Source: Trypanosoma brucei
Lineage: Eukaryota
Assembly: GCA_000002445.1 (NCBI GenBank)
Contig: CM000208.1
Location: 32,001-96,000, forward strand
Length of the DNA stretch: 64,000 nucleotides
Direction: 5' to 3'
In this document: piece by piece, positions 1 through 11,191 of the stretch
How the letters are laid out: each line of letters starts with the position of its first letter
How positions within the stretch are numbered: position 1 is the first letter of the stretch
Position numbers and translations under genes: made by a program
The notes under the pieces: model-generated
Told to the model about the DNA's origin: nothing
What the model saw: the letters and a program-made list of their open reading frames with translations, nothing else
Databases searched by the model: none

Positions 1-3000
1 TTCCTATTCTGAGTATTTTGAATTGAAGGAAAAATAAGACTCCTCGTTCATCACATATTTTCTTCGCTGTGGAACGTCTGTAATAAACATGTCGCATCAC
101 ACAGCCCGTACAAACTAATTGGCAGCAAAGGCATAAAGGGTAGCGCCCGATCCAATCGTACGATTTTAGTAACCACAGTGTCAGGCCTTTAGAGGTCGTA
201 AAACTTTCATCATGACGACGAGCTCAGCGGAATTTAGCTTGAAACTCCTACGCTTCTTCCCTTGGATCAAACATGGACGCTTGGCAACACTTGAGGCACT
301 ATCAAACCTTGACGTGGCATGCTTTCCTCGCATGAAAGCACACCGTTTTATATAAGTGGCTTCTCACATGCGAGAAAAAAAAACGAATCATCATTTATTT
401 CTTTGCCGATCATTCTCCAGCAGCGACTCGCTCCCCAACACAAAGTGGCGAAAAAGGCCGTCGAGGCGCGGAACCACAAACATACGACGTGGATCCCCTC
501 GGCAACCATTAGGGTGGTTAAACCCTTCCATTGAGTTGATTAAATTTTTGATGTTTTCACATATCGGGAGATTTGCCGCCAGGTGGAATATCCTACCAGG
601 CTCTGAACACAATAGACACAGGCTCAACATTACAACGGTAAAGTGCCGGGAAGATGTTATTGAGTTTTGACATTTTACAGCGGCCTCAGCCTTATTTACC
701 CCCTTAAAGTCGCTACCATTGCCGCTTAGTAATGATTACTCATGCGGGCGCAGTTAACTTCAGGTGACATATTATTCTACTGTTACTGGCGCACCAATAG
801 GTAAGTTCATCTTCCTGTGTGATCGAATGATGCTACATGTCGCTGGTAATGATTTCACCGGTTTGGCTTCCCTGCTGCAGAACCCGTATGTGCGGGGTCA
901 ATAACTCCTTCGTCTTGGAAATGAAATTATAGTTTGTACATGCTGCGGACAACTTGAGTCTGTACTCCTGGTACCTCTCGCGAAAGTTTAATTTCGCCGC
1001 TGTTCTGGAGCTTCGTACTCCACCGCACATTTTTGTCGAGTTCATATTACATTCCGTTGTGTGTACGGTTGCCCCCGACCTTGCAACGTGACGGTTTAGG
1101 CCTTTGTGCGCTGATAAGCCTCTTGTTTTGTCAGATGTGAAACCATATAATTTGCACAGCGGCGGTGAGCTGTCTGTAGCAGTGCCGTCGGTTCCGTCAT
1201 TTGTTCTGTTGATGCCGCATTCTCGCGCTTCTCACTGCGTGGCTGCGCTTCCCCCACTACTCCCCGTTGTGAGCGGTTGCAATACTTCACCGCGACACTT
1301 TATCCCATGGTACATGGCGTAGCCTCTGTTTTCGCGCAATAAGTCCCTATCGATTGCACTTTACAATGCATTCCCTTTTGTGTTGTTTCCAGTCCCATTG
1401 CCGTCTATTTCAGGAAAGAGTACTCTTTGTTTGAACACGTTGTCCTTCTGTCAACTATACAACGTCAGTCCGCCTGTTTTGTCCGCCGCAGAACTTTGTA
1501 CTGCTCAAATCCAAGAATACAGACGGTTCTCCTCGTCCATACCTTTTTTCTGTTTTTGTTTCCTTTACCACACACACACACAGAAACTTTTGTGGCGTTT
1601 AGCGATGAGGTGTGTTAGCTATATCCTATTTCCGTTGGATTTACCGAATATTTCGCCTGCATAAGGCTCCGAAACTTTAGTAAAGGTTTCGCTCAATACT
1701 TAAAGCTGCACAGAACATTTTGGCATACATGATCGCCCATCGTAGGGGGTGGTATGATTCCGTTGGGATGTAGTCTCCCCTCTCGTGGTGTGAGCGGGGC
1801 GGATAAATGTACCATCACTATTCCATTAATCCAAAACTGAATGGTGTTATCCCTCATCCCGCGCACCAGACGCCATTCAGAGATGTTAGAATATTTTCCC
1901 AAACACCACACAAGGCACGCTGTGAAGTCATTACCCGAAGACAAGCAGGGAAAGCAATTGCTCACATGATGCATAGGAGCCTTGAGATCTCCCCGTTAAC
2001 TGCGAGCTACTGATATCATTGGCGGTAGTGTACGCATAACATCCCAGAATTTAAACAATACACCTCAACCACATATGTGAAAACACAACCCTTCGAAGGA
2101 TTTAACGTCCGCAAATCGGGTGGAAGAAGACGCTGACAAAACAAATTTTTAAAAAGCTGCAAGCAAGTCTGCTAAAAGTCAACCGCACAAGCTGTTGCAC
2201 ATCCATAACCCATACGTATTTCACCGCTCACAAAAGTTGCCCGTAAACTCAAATTCCCATCTTCCACCGCAAGATGCCACAACGAACCATGGCGCTCAAA
2301 GTTGCACCCCTTTTAAAGTAATGGCAGTCAAACCTCAACAGTCACCGTATAGCAACGCGCATATGTCCCAATAAAGAAATCGCAATCGTCTACACAACTA
2401 CTGAAATGGTGATACCCACCTCCAAAGAAGCAAAATTGCTTTTATGGTTCCTATGAAATCAGTCCTTGGTGTTTCAGGATTACTTTACGGGAAGCGACAG
2501 CACCCGACACAAGCACGGATCCACACGCACAAGCAAACAAACACGGTGAATCCCCCAGTACAGTGGGCTAGTTGTTGGATTCACAGTTTGATCGTAATAA
2601 AACAAAAAGAAAGTAAAGAAAAAAATAGGTGAAACATCAAGGAAAGCGACGAGATATCAGCACTTCTCACACAAAATATGGAGCCCTCCACTACACAGAG
2701 TTTACCGAAACGGCACCGCATTTTTAGAAGGACTCATTCGCATAGGTGAATAGTCTTGCCTTACTTCCCTATAAAGTATTAATAGAAAAAATATAACATA
2801 ATTAAAATGTTTTTGTTCATATCTGCTTTAATAAAATACAACTTATATCTCAATTATATTTTATTGTTACATATTTAACCACCACTATTACTTACGAAGC
2901 GGAAGTGTCTGAAAGCGCAGTTTTCTTACCCTCCGTGCTCCCCTTTGCTTGCCCTTTGGACAGCCGCGTGGTTATCTTTCTGAGGTCACGTAACTCCATG

Positions 3001-6000
3001 CAGAATTAATTCTTCCATCACACAGCACACTCCATCTATGGCTACGGCCACATGAATCATGGCATTGGAATGTGTGTTGCAATTCCCACCATATTCTTTT
3101 CATAATAATATGCATGATTGTTGTGTTTTGTTCACGCATACATAGTATGCCACTCTTCCTCCTCTTTCAGAAGGCAACTATTCACTACTGTTTCCCAAGC
3201 ACGACATTTAACCACGTCATGTGCCTGCAAATAATAAAACGATCCTCACAATCTATCCATGTTTGAGTCGTTAATCGTCATGGTTCGCGTTGCTGCAGTT
3301 TCACGACATCGGCGTCATGTCCTGAAAAGACCTTTGTAATGGTGTGTGAAACTCCAGTGCTCTCTTTATTAACTGATGGGGAGTTGATTCAAATTCAATA
3401 GTTCCTCATTTTCGCTAACGTATCGGAACCCCAGCCGAATATCTTCAGGCAACTTCACTTGGGAGAGGAATGACTTTAGATCAAACAATTCCACTGACTG
3501 GTCATGGAGAGTATTTAAATACTGGGAAAAGTGACCCAATGGGACATATGCCTCATAATCATCCCTGCTCTTTTTAGCCTTTGGTCATGCAATAAATCAA
3601 CGCCTTCTTCCAATTCCGTGTTTCCTCCATCACAAAGAATGGCGCACAACCCATCCTGTCGTATGTCTCTCTGAAACTGTGCTAATGATACGCGATTGCT
3701 TAATTATTTGGGACTTCTTTTTCCACAATGTGCAATTCTGACTCCTTCTTTGATACTTTCTCTCTTTCTTTCTGCATCATCTGTGCTATTCATGATGCTC
3801 CAACCCTCATCAAATCGCTTACTCGCTGCTTGCATCATCCTCTGTCAAATCCACGGAAGGGAAGTCATTCCCACATTCATTTCCTATTGGAGAGGTGAAG
3901 TCTTTTTTTTTCCTCATCCCGTGAGGTCACCTTTGTTTTCCCTTGTGAGTGCCAAGGAATGCTGTGCAATCGATAATTTGGGAAAGTTATTCACCGTTAT
4001 AAGTCCCGGCTTCCCTCACACTGAGGCCGCACATTCCTTCCAATTATATCTTACATCAAAAACACTCAAAGAATCGACTTGCTGACGGCAGCTGTCAAAC
4101 ATCTGAGATACCGCACTGTGCTTCGTGGCAGTTCTATTGTGTAGATGTGCTTTCCCAATTGTATTAATAATATGTTGTCAATGTCGTGCTCCATTGCAAC
4201 TACTGCCGCTCCGCGTGTCAGCAGTGCTCTTCTCTTTATGGGATGTTCTATCATTACGTATGGTCGTTTCAGTATGGTATCACTTTTCCCCTTTGTGGTA
4301 ATCGCTATGAACTTCTTCCTCTTTTCTCCAGAGGTTCCTCCCTATGACTTTTCTCACACTGGTAATATCCTTTTCCCAGTTGATAATTATGCATCGTGCG
4401 ACTCTGTGGGTATCGCTTTTGAATTTCTTTGGAAGGTTCCCTCCAAAAAAATTCCACTATTGAGGCTTGCTTTTCGTATGAGTGTGGTATAACATTTTCC
4501 TTTTTTGGAGCTGTGTAATTTCTTTTTGCCATCGAATGGCTGGGTGTAATTCAGGTCACTACTCATATTGCAACTGGATACCACTCTGGACGGAACTTCC
4601 TGCAAGATATTATCGAATCCCCATCACAACATCTGTTGTGCTTGTTTGATGGGTTCACCTGTTACCGTATTGTAAAGACAGACCCAAAAACAAAATCCGC
4701 GTCGGTGTGTCCAATAGAAATGATGGAAGAGCTCTCCTGTACTGAAATTGCAGTGCTCTTTGCGAGTCGTAAACTTACAACAACAAATGGAAGTGCAGTT
4801 ACATCCTATGCTAGCATGCGGTAATGATTTTCCGTCAATGCATAAAAACTCCACATGATGAATTCCCTATTCCTCACATGTTTTAGTCCTCGGCCACATT
4901 CACTTTGCTATTCTGTTGGCTCCTGAAACCAGTGCCATGATGTACGGACAGCTTTGTGTGGGAACTGCAATAAAAATAATAAGAATAATAATAACTCCTT
5001 TCACCAATGAGTTTACTATTGGTTGTAAAAGTGCTCTTGGTATCACTCCATTATTTTTTTTTTCCAATCCCCAGCTGCTGAGGGACTGTTGTATTTTTTT
5101 ATGTTAATGTATGGTTTTATTCCCCACCCCTTTCAGGTGACTTTCTCCTGCACGGTTTTTACTTTCCCATTGTATAATGTTTCTCAAGGTGTTTCCTTTG
5201 TGAAGCTTTGGTTATGCTATAATTAAAGGCCACTCAACTCCCTGCTTCCGGGAACTGTTGTTGCATTTATTCCCCTTTAGTTGCTGCAAATTTCTTTATT
5301 TGACAAGTTGTACTGCGATGCTTCACTTGACCATATGTGTAACATCGTGTCTCGTTGCTTTATAAAAACTCAAAAAGAACACATCAGCTGATATTCTTCT
5401 GTTCTTACTTCGTACATTCACATCTCTTCCCGTCAGTTCGGAAACTCCCACTCAAACTCACCACTCTGTGAAGATTTGTAGTTTCCGTTAGTGATGGACG
5501 TACTGAAGTGGACATGTTTGGCACTTCAAAAACTAATTCTTTAAACTTACACCTTCCTTCTTGCATACAGTTTAATTTCGAGAGTAAAGGAATAGTTGAG
5601 TATTACGAGAAACCATAAGCCTAAAACATTCTCAACGCAAGCTTTCAATAAAAGCAAACGCATTAAGATGGTTTAGTGAACACATGCAGGATAATCCCTA
5701 GCAAAGGTATTATTCACACCCAATAAACAACTCAAACAAATAACACCACCATACATATCGCAGACATACGAGTTGCACCTGCACAAACAAATAAAAACTG
5801 CTGTGACTCATCAAACGTAAAATATTATGAGCACAAAAACATAAATGTCCTTGATCCTCCATAAATGTATAACACAATATTATTTTGCATTATCATCGTA
5901 AAAATATTTATTTTTATATTGATATATATATATATATATATATATTCAGCTAAAAGTCAAGAGTATGCTTTGGCCTTGTAGAACTGTAAATGCGTGAATA

Positions 6001-6668
6001 TTCTGATATTATTGTTTCCCATTTTAAAACGAAGATACTTGAAGATGTGAGGAAACGACTCCATTAATGCTTATGATGCATCAAATAATTCTCTCGTAAA
6101 GAAAGGAGCAAGCAGATGCTCAGTACACCGTGTCCCTATTTGTATCTTTAAATTAAGGTTCTCTTGAATGAAGTAAAGAAAAAACAAAGAAAAGGCAAGA
6201 AGTATATGATATAAGTGATAATACATAATGAAATGACCCAACAAGAGGGAGAGGAAGTTGCATGCCTTCACTACAGTCATACAAATAAAGCCAGACCCTT
6301 TACACTCGTTTTACAATGTTCTGTCGTATCGCTCTGTATAAACGAAAAATACTAATAGGAAAGGGAAATGTAAGAAGAAAGTAAAAAGCATCAAGTAGTT
6401 CGAGGATTATCGACACTCAGCTACGTGGAATGATACGTATCGTCAATGTGAGTTTGAAATGCTCACCATCCCAATGAACTTACTTGTATGTTACTTAATC
6501 CTGGAAAATATTTCTCTGTTCGTTCAAGTTACCTGACAACTCTCCTTCCACACCCTATGCATTGTTACCACCTCCATTGTTTACTCCGTTGATCCTGTCA
6601 TATTCCTCAAGTTTTTCTTTGCATTCGACGTATAGTGCAATAATGCGCTCATTAAGTGAGACGGAAAA

Positions 6669-8008
6669 TTAACGCACTTCCCTTTTCCAAAATCTTTCCT
6701 CACGTTTACTTTGTTCATCCGTGGCTGTCCTGCTACAACATTGCGGTTTCGTAATTTTTTCGTCGTCAACCCTTTGGACGTAAATTATTTCCCATACCAT
6801 ATCATTGGAAAAATTGTCCCAATGTTTGAAGTAACTTCGCAAATACTTCTTCATCTTAAATAACCCACCGGTACTGCAGGGATGACTACCAGAAATTGTG
6901 TACTGTAGTCCCACAAAAGTCTTCGGGTTCTCAACAAAAAAGAACGCATCAACAACTGGGAAACTCCTTGATTGCGGCTTGTACAATTTCATGTATTGAA
7001 TTTCGGCTCCAGCTACAATTGGAACATCCTCAGGAACCACAATCGAAGGACTCATGAGTCTTGGTTCTTGCAGCACCTGCAGCACACTTTGTGGAATTTG
7101 ATCCTCAGAAAGTGAGAGGCCCTGTAACTCCTTTGCCAACTCAATTAGTGCATCCTCATGTGACAATGCTTCAATCCCACTCTGCTTGAAACGATAAGCA
7201 GCGAGGGTCCGGTTAGACAGCAGTTCAGATACTAAAGCAGACTTTTCCTGTATAAAAGGTTTCAGTCGATCTGAAATAGCTTCCCCCGTGTAGGATGAAA
7301 GCGGTCTCAAGCGATACGCATCACACAGGAGATCCTTTTCCTTCACTCGAACAGCCCTCACTAACTTGTGTGATACCTCATCTGTTTGCCACATACCTGC
7401 GTTTTGGAAAAATTTAGCGTAATCATTCATATCCTCATCTCTCATTTTGCCAATGACCTCTCGAATTAGTTCCCGCTGCCTTTTATACCAAAGTGAATCA
7501 ACAATGTGACGAAGCAGTGGACCAACGATACGAATGCGAGCTTGAATTTCTTGCCATTCACTTTCAATTTTCTCCTTCGCAACTGGAGGACTCCACTTGT
7601 AAGCAAGAGCAATTTTCCCCCATCTCGATATATGTATGGCTTCCAAATCCTTCAATGTGTCACAGTTTATGTAAATATGTGTGGCGCCGTTTTGCTTGGC
7701 CCATTCATAGAATTGTCTGACGTTTGGAGAACTCAAAGCAATACCAGAAAAATAACCAGGTGGTTTCACTGGAGCCGGATGATCCTTGTCCACGTCGAAT
7801 ATAAGGTATCCCTTGATTTCTCCTGTCTTACATGAATCTCTGGCTATTTGCTTAACAACTGTGAATCCATTGTCACAATCTTTGTAAAACGTAACATATC
7901 CTGCTCCATCGCCTTTGGGTTTACGAAACACATACGCCTCGCCCTCCACAACGTATATGATAATCTGAAGCTGACTCGCTTCATAATGCAGTAGTTTGTA
8001 TAACAGTA
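6669..8008 (-). pseudogene. RHS: C-terminal half of a retrotransposon hot spot (RHS) protein, truncated at the ingi insertion hot spot. The 469-aa track ORF (6669..8078) is a chimera whose first ~23 codons come from the ingi 3-prime end and poly(A).
   Basis: Single 447-codon frame. It matches the second RHS copy in this window along the whole length (ILLYKLLHYEASQLQ vs ILLQRLLHYDSELLR; FPVVDAFFFVENPKTF vs FPVVDAFFFVTEPAV). The leading MMADGRASWGKLPRRHEENSKKK is the reverse complement of the RIME/ingi terminal sequence plus poly(A). Confidence 0.8.
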
Positions 8009-8067
8009 TTTTTTTTTTGGAATTTTCTTCGTGCCTTCGTGGGAGTTTCCCCCAACTGGCGCGGCCA

Positions 8068-9393
8068 TCAGCCATCACCGTAGAGCCATGAAATGCTATC
8101 GGTCTGGCGACTTTGGCAGAGTCTCCCTTTTTTATTCATCCTAACACACTCTCTATAATTTTTTGTTGTAGCTCCGCATTTGAACGGAATACAGCAGATG
8201 GGGCGAGAAGTCCCCACACCCCATACTCTCCCAAAGATGTCAATTAGCAATCCTTTTGTTTTGATTTTTGCTATTCGTTTATTATTCTCTCCCCCTCTTT
8301 CTGCGTCTCTTGCTTGTTGACTGCATATCCTCTCTGTCTCTGAGGTGCCTGGACTATTCCTGCGTCCGGAGCTTTTCCTGCTAGCTCCACACTCGGCAAT
8401 AAGGGGGGAAGTTGCACAAGGGAGAGTGGGTTGTATGACTGTTACCTTAGGTGAGGACTTCACCTGTGGCCGGCTCCGTTCAACCGCAATGAGAAACTGC
8501 GCCAGCCTTTTATAGAAACATACATCCTGCACACACACACCTTCCACCGCAAACCTGACACGTAACTCCTTCAAACCGGGACAGCTCATCAAGTGCAGCG
8601 ACGTTTCTTCGCAGTCTCCGCGTTGGCTGGTAACAGCTCCCTCTACCTTCATACCGTGCATCTTCTTTTGATGTAGGGTGAGGCCAGTTTTGCTAGCACA
8701 CTGCCTTCCGCATGTCGGGCACACCAACATGGATGTGCTTGTATGCGGGGAATCAGTGGCACACAATTTTGTGCTTTTGCTGCATTTAAGCTCGACTCCC
8801 TCACCTTTGTTAAGAGCCTTGCAGTGTCGGATGAGGGAGTCCCTGCAACTGAGCACTTTTTGGCACACACCACACTGCACCTCGCCTTCCCCTGGAGGCG
8901 TCAACGTTTCCCTCACGGGCACGCTTACGAGGAAATTGCACCACCACCACGGTACCGTCCTCCGTCACTATGCTCTTATGCTTGAATTTCTTGTGTAGTG
9001 ACAGGGAAGAGCGTGGACCGAAGCTCGCCTCGCACAGGTCACATTGAAACGGCAGCTTCCGTGTGTATCCTGAGAGGCTGGCGCTGCTGGGACGCTACCA
9101 TCTCCTTGCACTGAGTCCTCGCTCTCTCGCCCCCTTTTCACGCGGCAACTACCGCTGCCTATGCCATGTATTGTTCTAAGGTGGTATAGTAGTCGGCCTG
9201 GCACTGCGAATTTGGAGGCACAGAGGGTACAATGAAGCACCTGCGGTCTCATCGGGACTCGTGTGCTCGATGGTAGAGGAACGATCGCCACCACTGGAGG
9301 GGGCTCCGGGGGGATGTCCACTGCAGGTGTTGCATCGCCGTATTTGATCCTCCGGAGGGCATCAGCTCGCACAAAGCCATGTTTGTTTACCAT
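8068..9393 (-). CDS. ingi ORF fragments: C-terminal C2H2 zinc-finger region, as two ORFs (8968..9393 and 8068..8922) ending in the RIME-half-B-encoded tail.
   Basis: HCTLCASKFAVPGRLLYHLRTIHG; CGVCQKVLSCRDSLIRHC; CPTCGRQCASKTGLTLHQKKMHG; terminal ..LIDIFGRVWGVG..SISWLYGDG is typical of the RIME/ingi 3-prime end. Confidence 0.7.
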
Positions 9394-9511
9394 GTGCGTT
9401 ACAGCACTCGAGCGGCATTGGTATGTGGCATCACATTCCGTACATTTGGTCGGTTCGGAGGTTCTCTGAAGAGTGCGTGTCGCAACAGTTGGGCTGTTTG
9501 TATTGTTGGTC

Positions 9512-10207
9512 CTATCGCTGCATGTTGCGGGTTACACCATCGGCACTGTGAGGGCACACACTCGGGTTGATCTTTCGCAACATCCATCCATAGTGTCTTG
9601 AAGACCCAACCCGAAAGCGTGCCAGTGCCGTTTCTTCTTCCCTCGTCAGTTCTTCCTTATGTTTTGTTGGAAAGTGGTTGCCCGTGATACCAAACCTATG
9701 AGTGTTCTCATGGACTTCTTCCGACCTAAGCACTCGCTTCGCATAAGCAATGATGTCGGGGATCCATGTGTCTCGCAACTGTGGTAAATCTGCGGCCTTT
9801 TTGGCCATTTCATCGCAAACCTCATTCCGTTTCACGCCACAATGGCCGAACACAAATTGCAGTCGGATACGCACCTTCCTTCTCTGAACTTGAAGCAGAA
9901 GCCTCCATAGTCGTCTTAGAATTGGGTCCGTTACGGCTAGGGGGCCTGTCTGCAGTGCTGTTAACATTGACAGCGAGTCAGAGAAGATGGACAACCTGCT
10001 CGGTGTGCTTCTGTATGCCGGAAGCCATTTCAGCAGCCGTTGCAGTCCTATCTCTAATGCTACGCATTCCGCTCTGTAACTGCATGAGAGTTCCCCTGCT
10101 CCAGTTTTGGGTGCACAAATCAGCGTGTTGTTTCTATAGAGCAGGGCAGCTGCTCCGGACTTCTCACCGAGGGACACGGATCCATCAGTCCACAATTCGT
10201 AGTGCAC
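9512..10207 (-). CDS. ingi ORF fragment: RNase H domain.
   Basis: 231-aa ORF with MHYELWTDGSV..YRAECVALEIGL..FVFGHCGVKRNEVCDEMAKKAA, the RNase H catalytic-motif pattern (D..E..D..H). Confidence 0.75.
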   Translation of the reverse strand: MHYELWTDGSVSLGEKSGAAALLYRNNTLICAPKTGAGELSCSYRAECVALEIGLQRLLKWLPAYRSTPSRLSIFSDSLSMLTALQTGPLAVTDPILRRLWRLLLQVQRRKVRIRLQFVFGHCGVKRNEVCDEMAKKAADLPQLRDTWIPDIIAYAKRVLRSEEVHENTHRFGITGNHFPTKHKEELTREEETALARFRVGSSRHYGWMLRKINPSVCPHSADGVTRNMQR

Positions 10208-11191
10208 TCATCGCGGTGGCTCCTTCCCCCTCCGTGCAAAATGCCGTGCAATCCACTTTTCGGAAGCCTCCCTTTTGACATCGTCAGGGTCATCAGCGCA
10301 CACAGGCTTTATCCGCGTGTGAAATAGCGGTCGGCAGCTGTGGCGGAGCGTCGATGTCTCTAGTGGGTGCTCGCGTGGCTCAATGCGGAGGTGGGGGTAA
10401 GACCGCATGATGCGGGAATGTATGGCTCTGACAGGGTGTTTGCTGTGGTATACTTCTTCAGCACTGCGCCGCAAACATCCGCCTTGCGACTCACACATCA
10501 GCATGAATTTCATGCTGCGCACAAGAGTGGCCGTCTTGAGTGGCAGGAGGTTTGCTTCCAGCAGAGAGTCCTCTTTGCGCGTCCCATGCGGTATGCCAGC
10601 TATGATGCGACTGGCTTTGTGTTGTGCTGATGCAAGGAGGTCGCGACTTCGTTCCGAAGCGTCCCAGTACCATACCTCAATGCCATACATGGTGTGTGCC
10701 TGTACGATTACTAGATAAAAAGCTCTCAGTACTTGTCGTCTTGGCCCCCATGTAGAAGCTGAGATGGCTGCTATCTGCAGTAGTCGGAAGTCCATCTTGC
10801 GTCTCGTTTCGGCCGCATGTGTTGCCATCCCATGCAGACGCTGGGATGTTACTCCTAGAAGCTTCGGTGTCCTGTCAGCTCCTATTCTTTCACCGTCCAG
10901 TTGTAATGTAAGGGGGTGGCGCTCTATACACCCGGAGAGTGTGCACTTCGTTTTCGCTACATTGACAGACATGAAGTACTCTTTTGACCACTGTAACACC
11001 ACGTTTAGGCCGCATTGCAGTGTGTGGTTGATGACATCCCTCTCTGTGTGCCTCGCAAGTAGCGTCAGGTCGTCTGCAAAGAATCCGTGCTGCAGTAACG
11101 GCACTTCTGCAAGGCGTTGGCTCAACGAGTTCATGACAATAATGAACATGATTGGGCCAAGGACAGTTTCCCTGTGGCACTCCTCGCTCAA
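10208..11191 (-). CDS. ingi ORF fragment: C-terminal part of the reverse transcriptase domain, in a different frame from the upstream fragment.
   Basis: 327-aa ORF with FFADDLTLLARH (YxDD-like RT motif context) and thumb-like region. It overlaps the end of the 822-aa fragment, which implies a frameshift. Confidence 0.7.
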   Translation of the reverse strand: MSEECHRETVLGPIMFIIVMNSLSQRLAEVPLLQHGFFADDLTLLARHTERDVINHTLQCGLNVVLQWSKEYFMSVNVAKTKCTLSGCIERHPLTLQLDGERIGADRTPKLLGVTSQRLHGMATHAAETRRKMDFRLLQIAAISASTWGPRRQVLRAFYLVIVQAHTMYGIEVWYWDASERSRDLLASAQHKASRIIAGIPHGTRKEDSLLEANLLPLKTATLVRSMKFMLMCESQGGCLRRSAEEVYHSKHPVRAIHSRIMRSYPHLRIEPREHPLETSTLRHSCRPLFHTRIKPVCADDPDDVKREASEKWIARHFARRGKEPPR

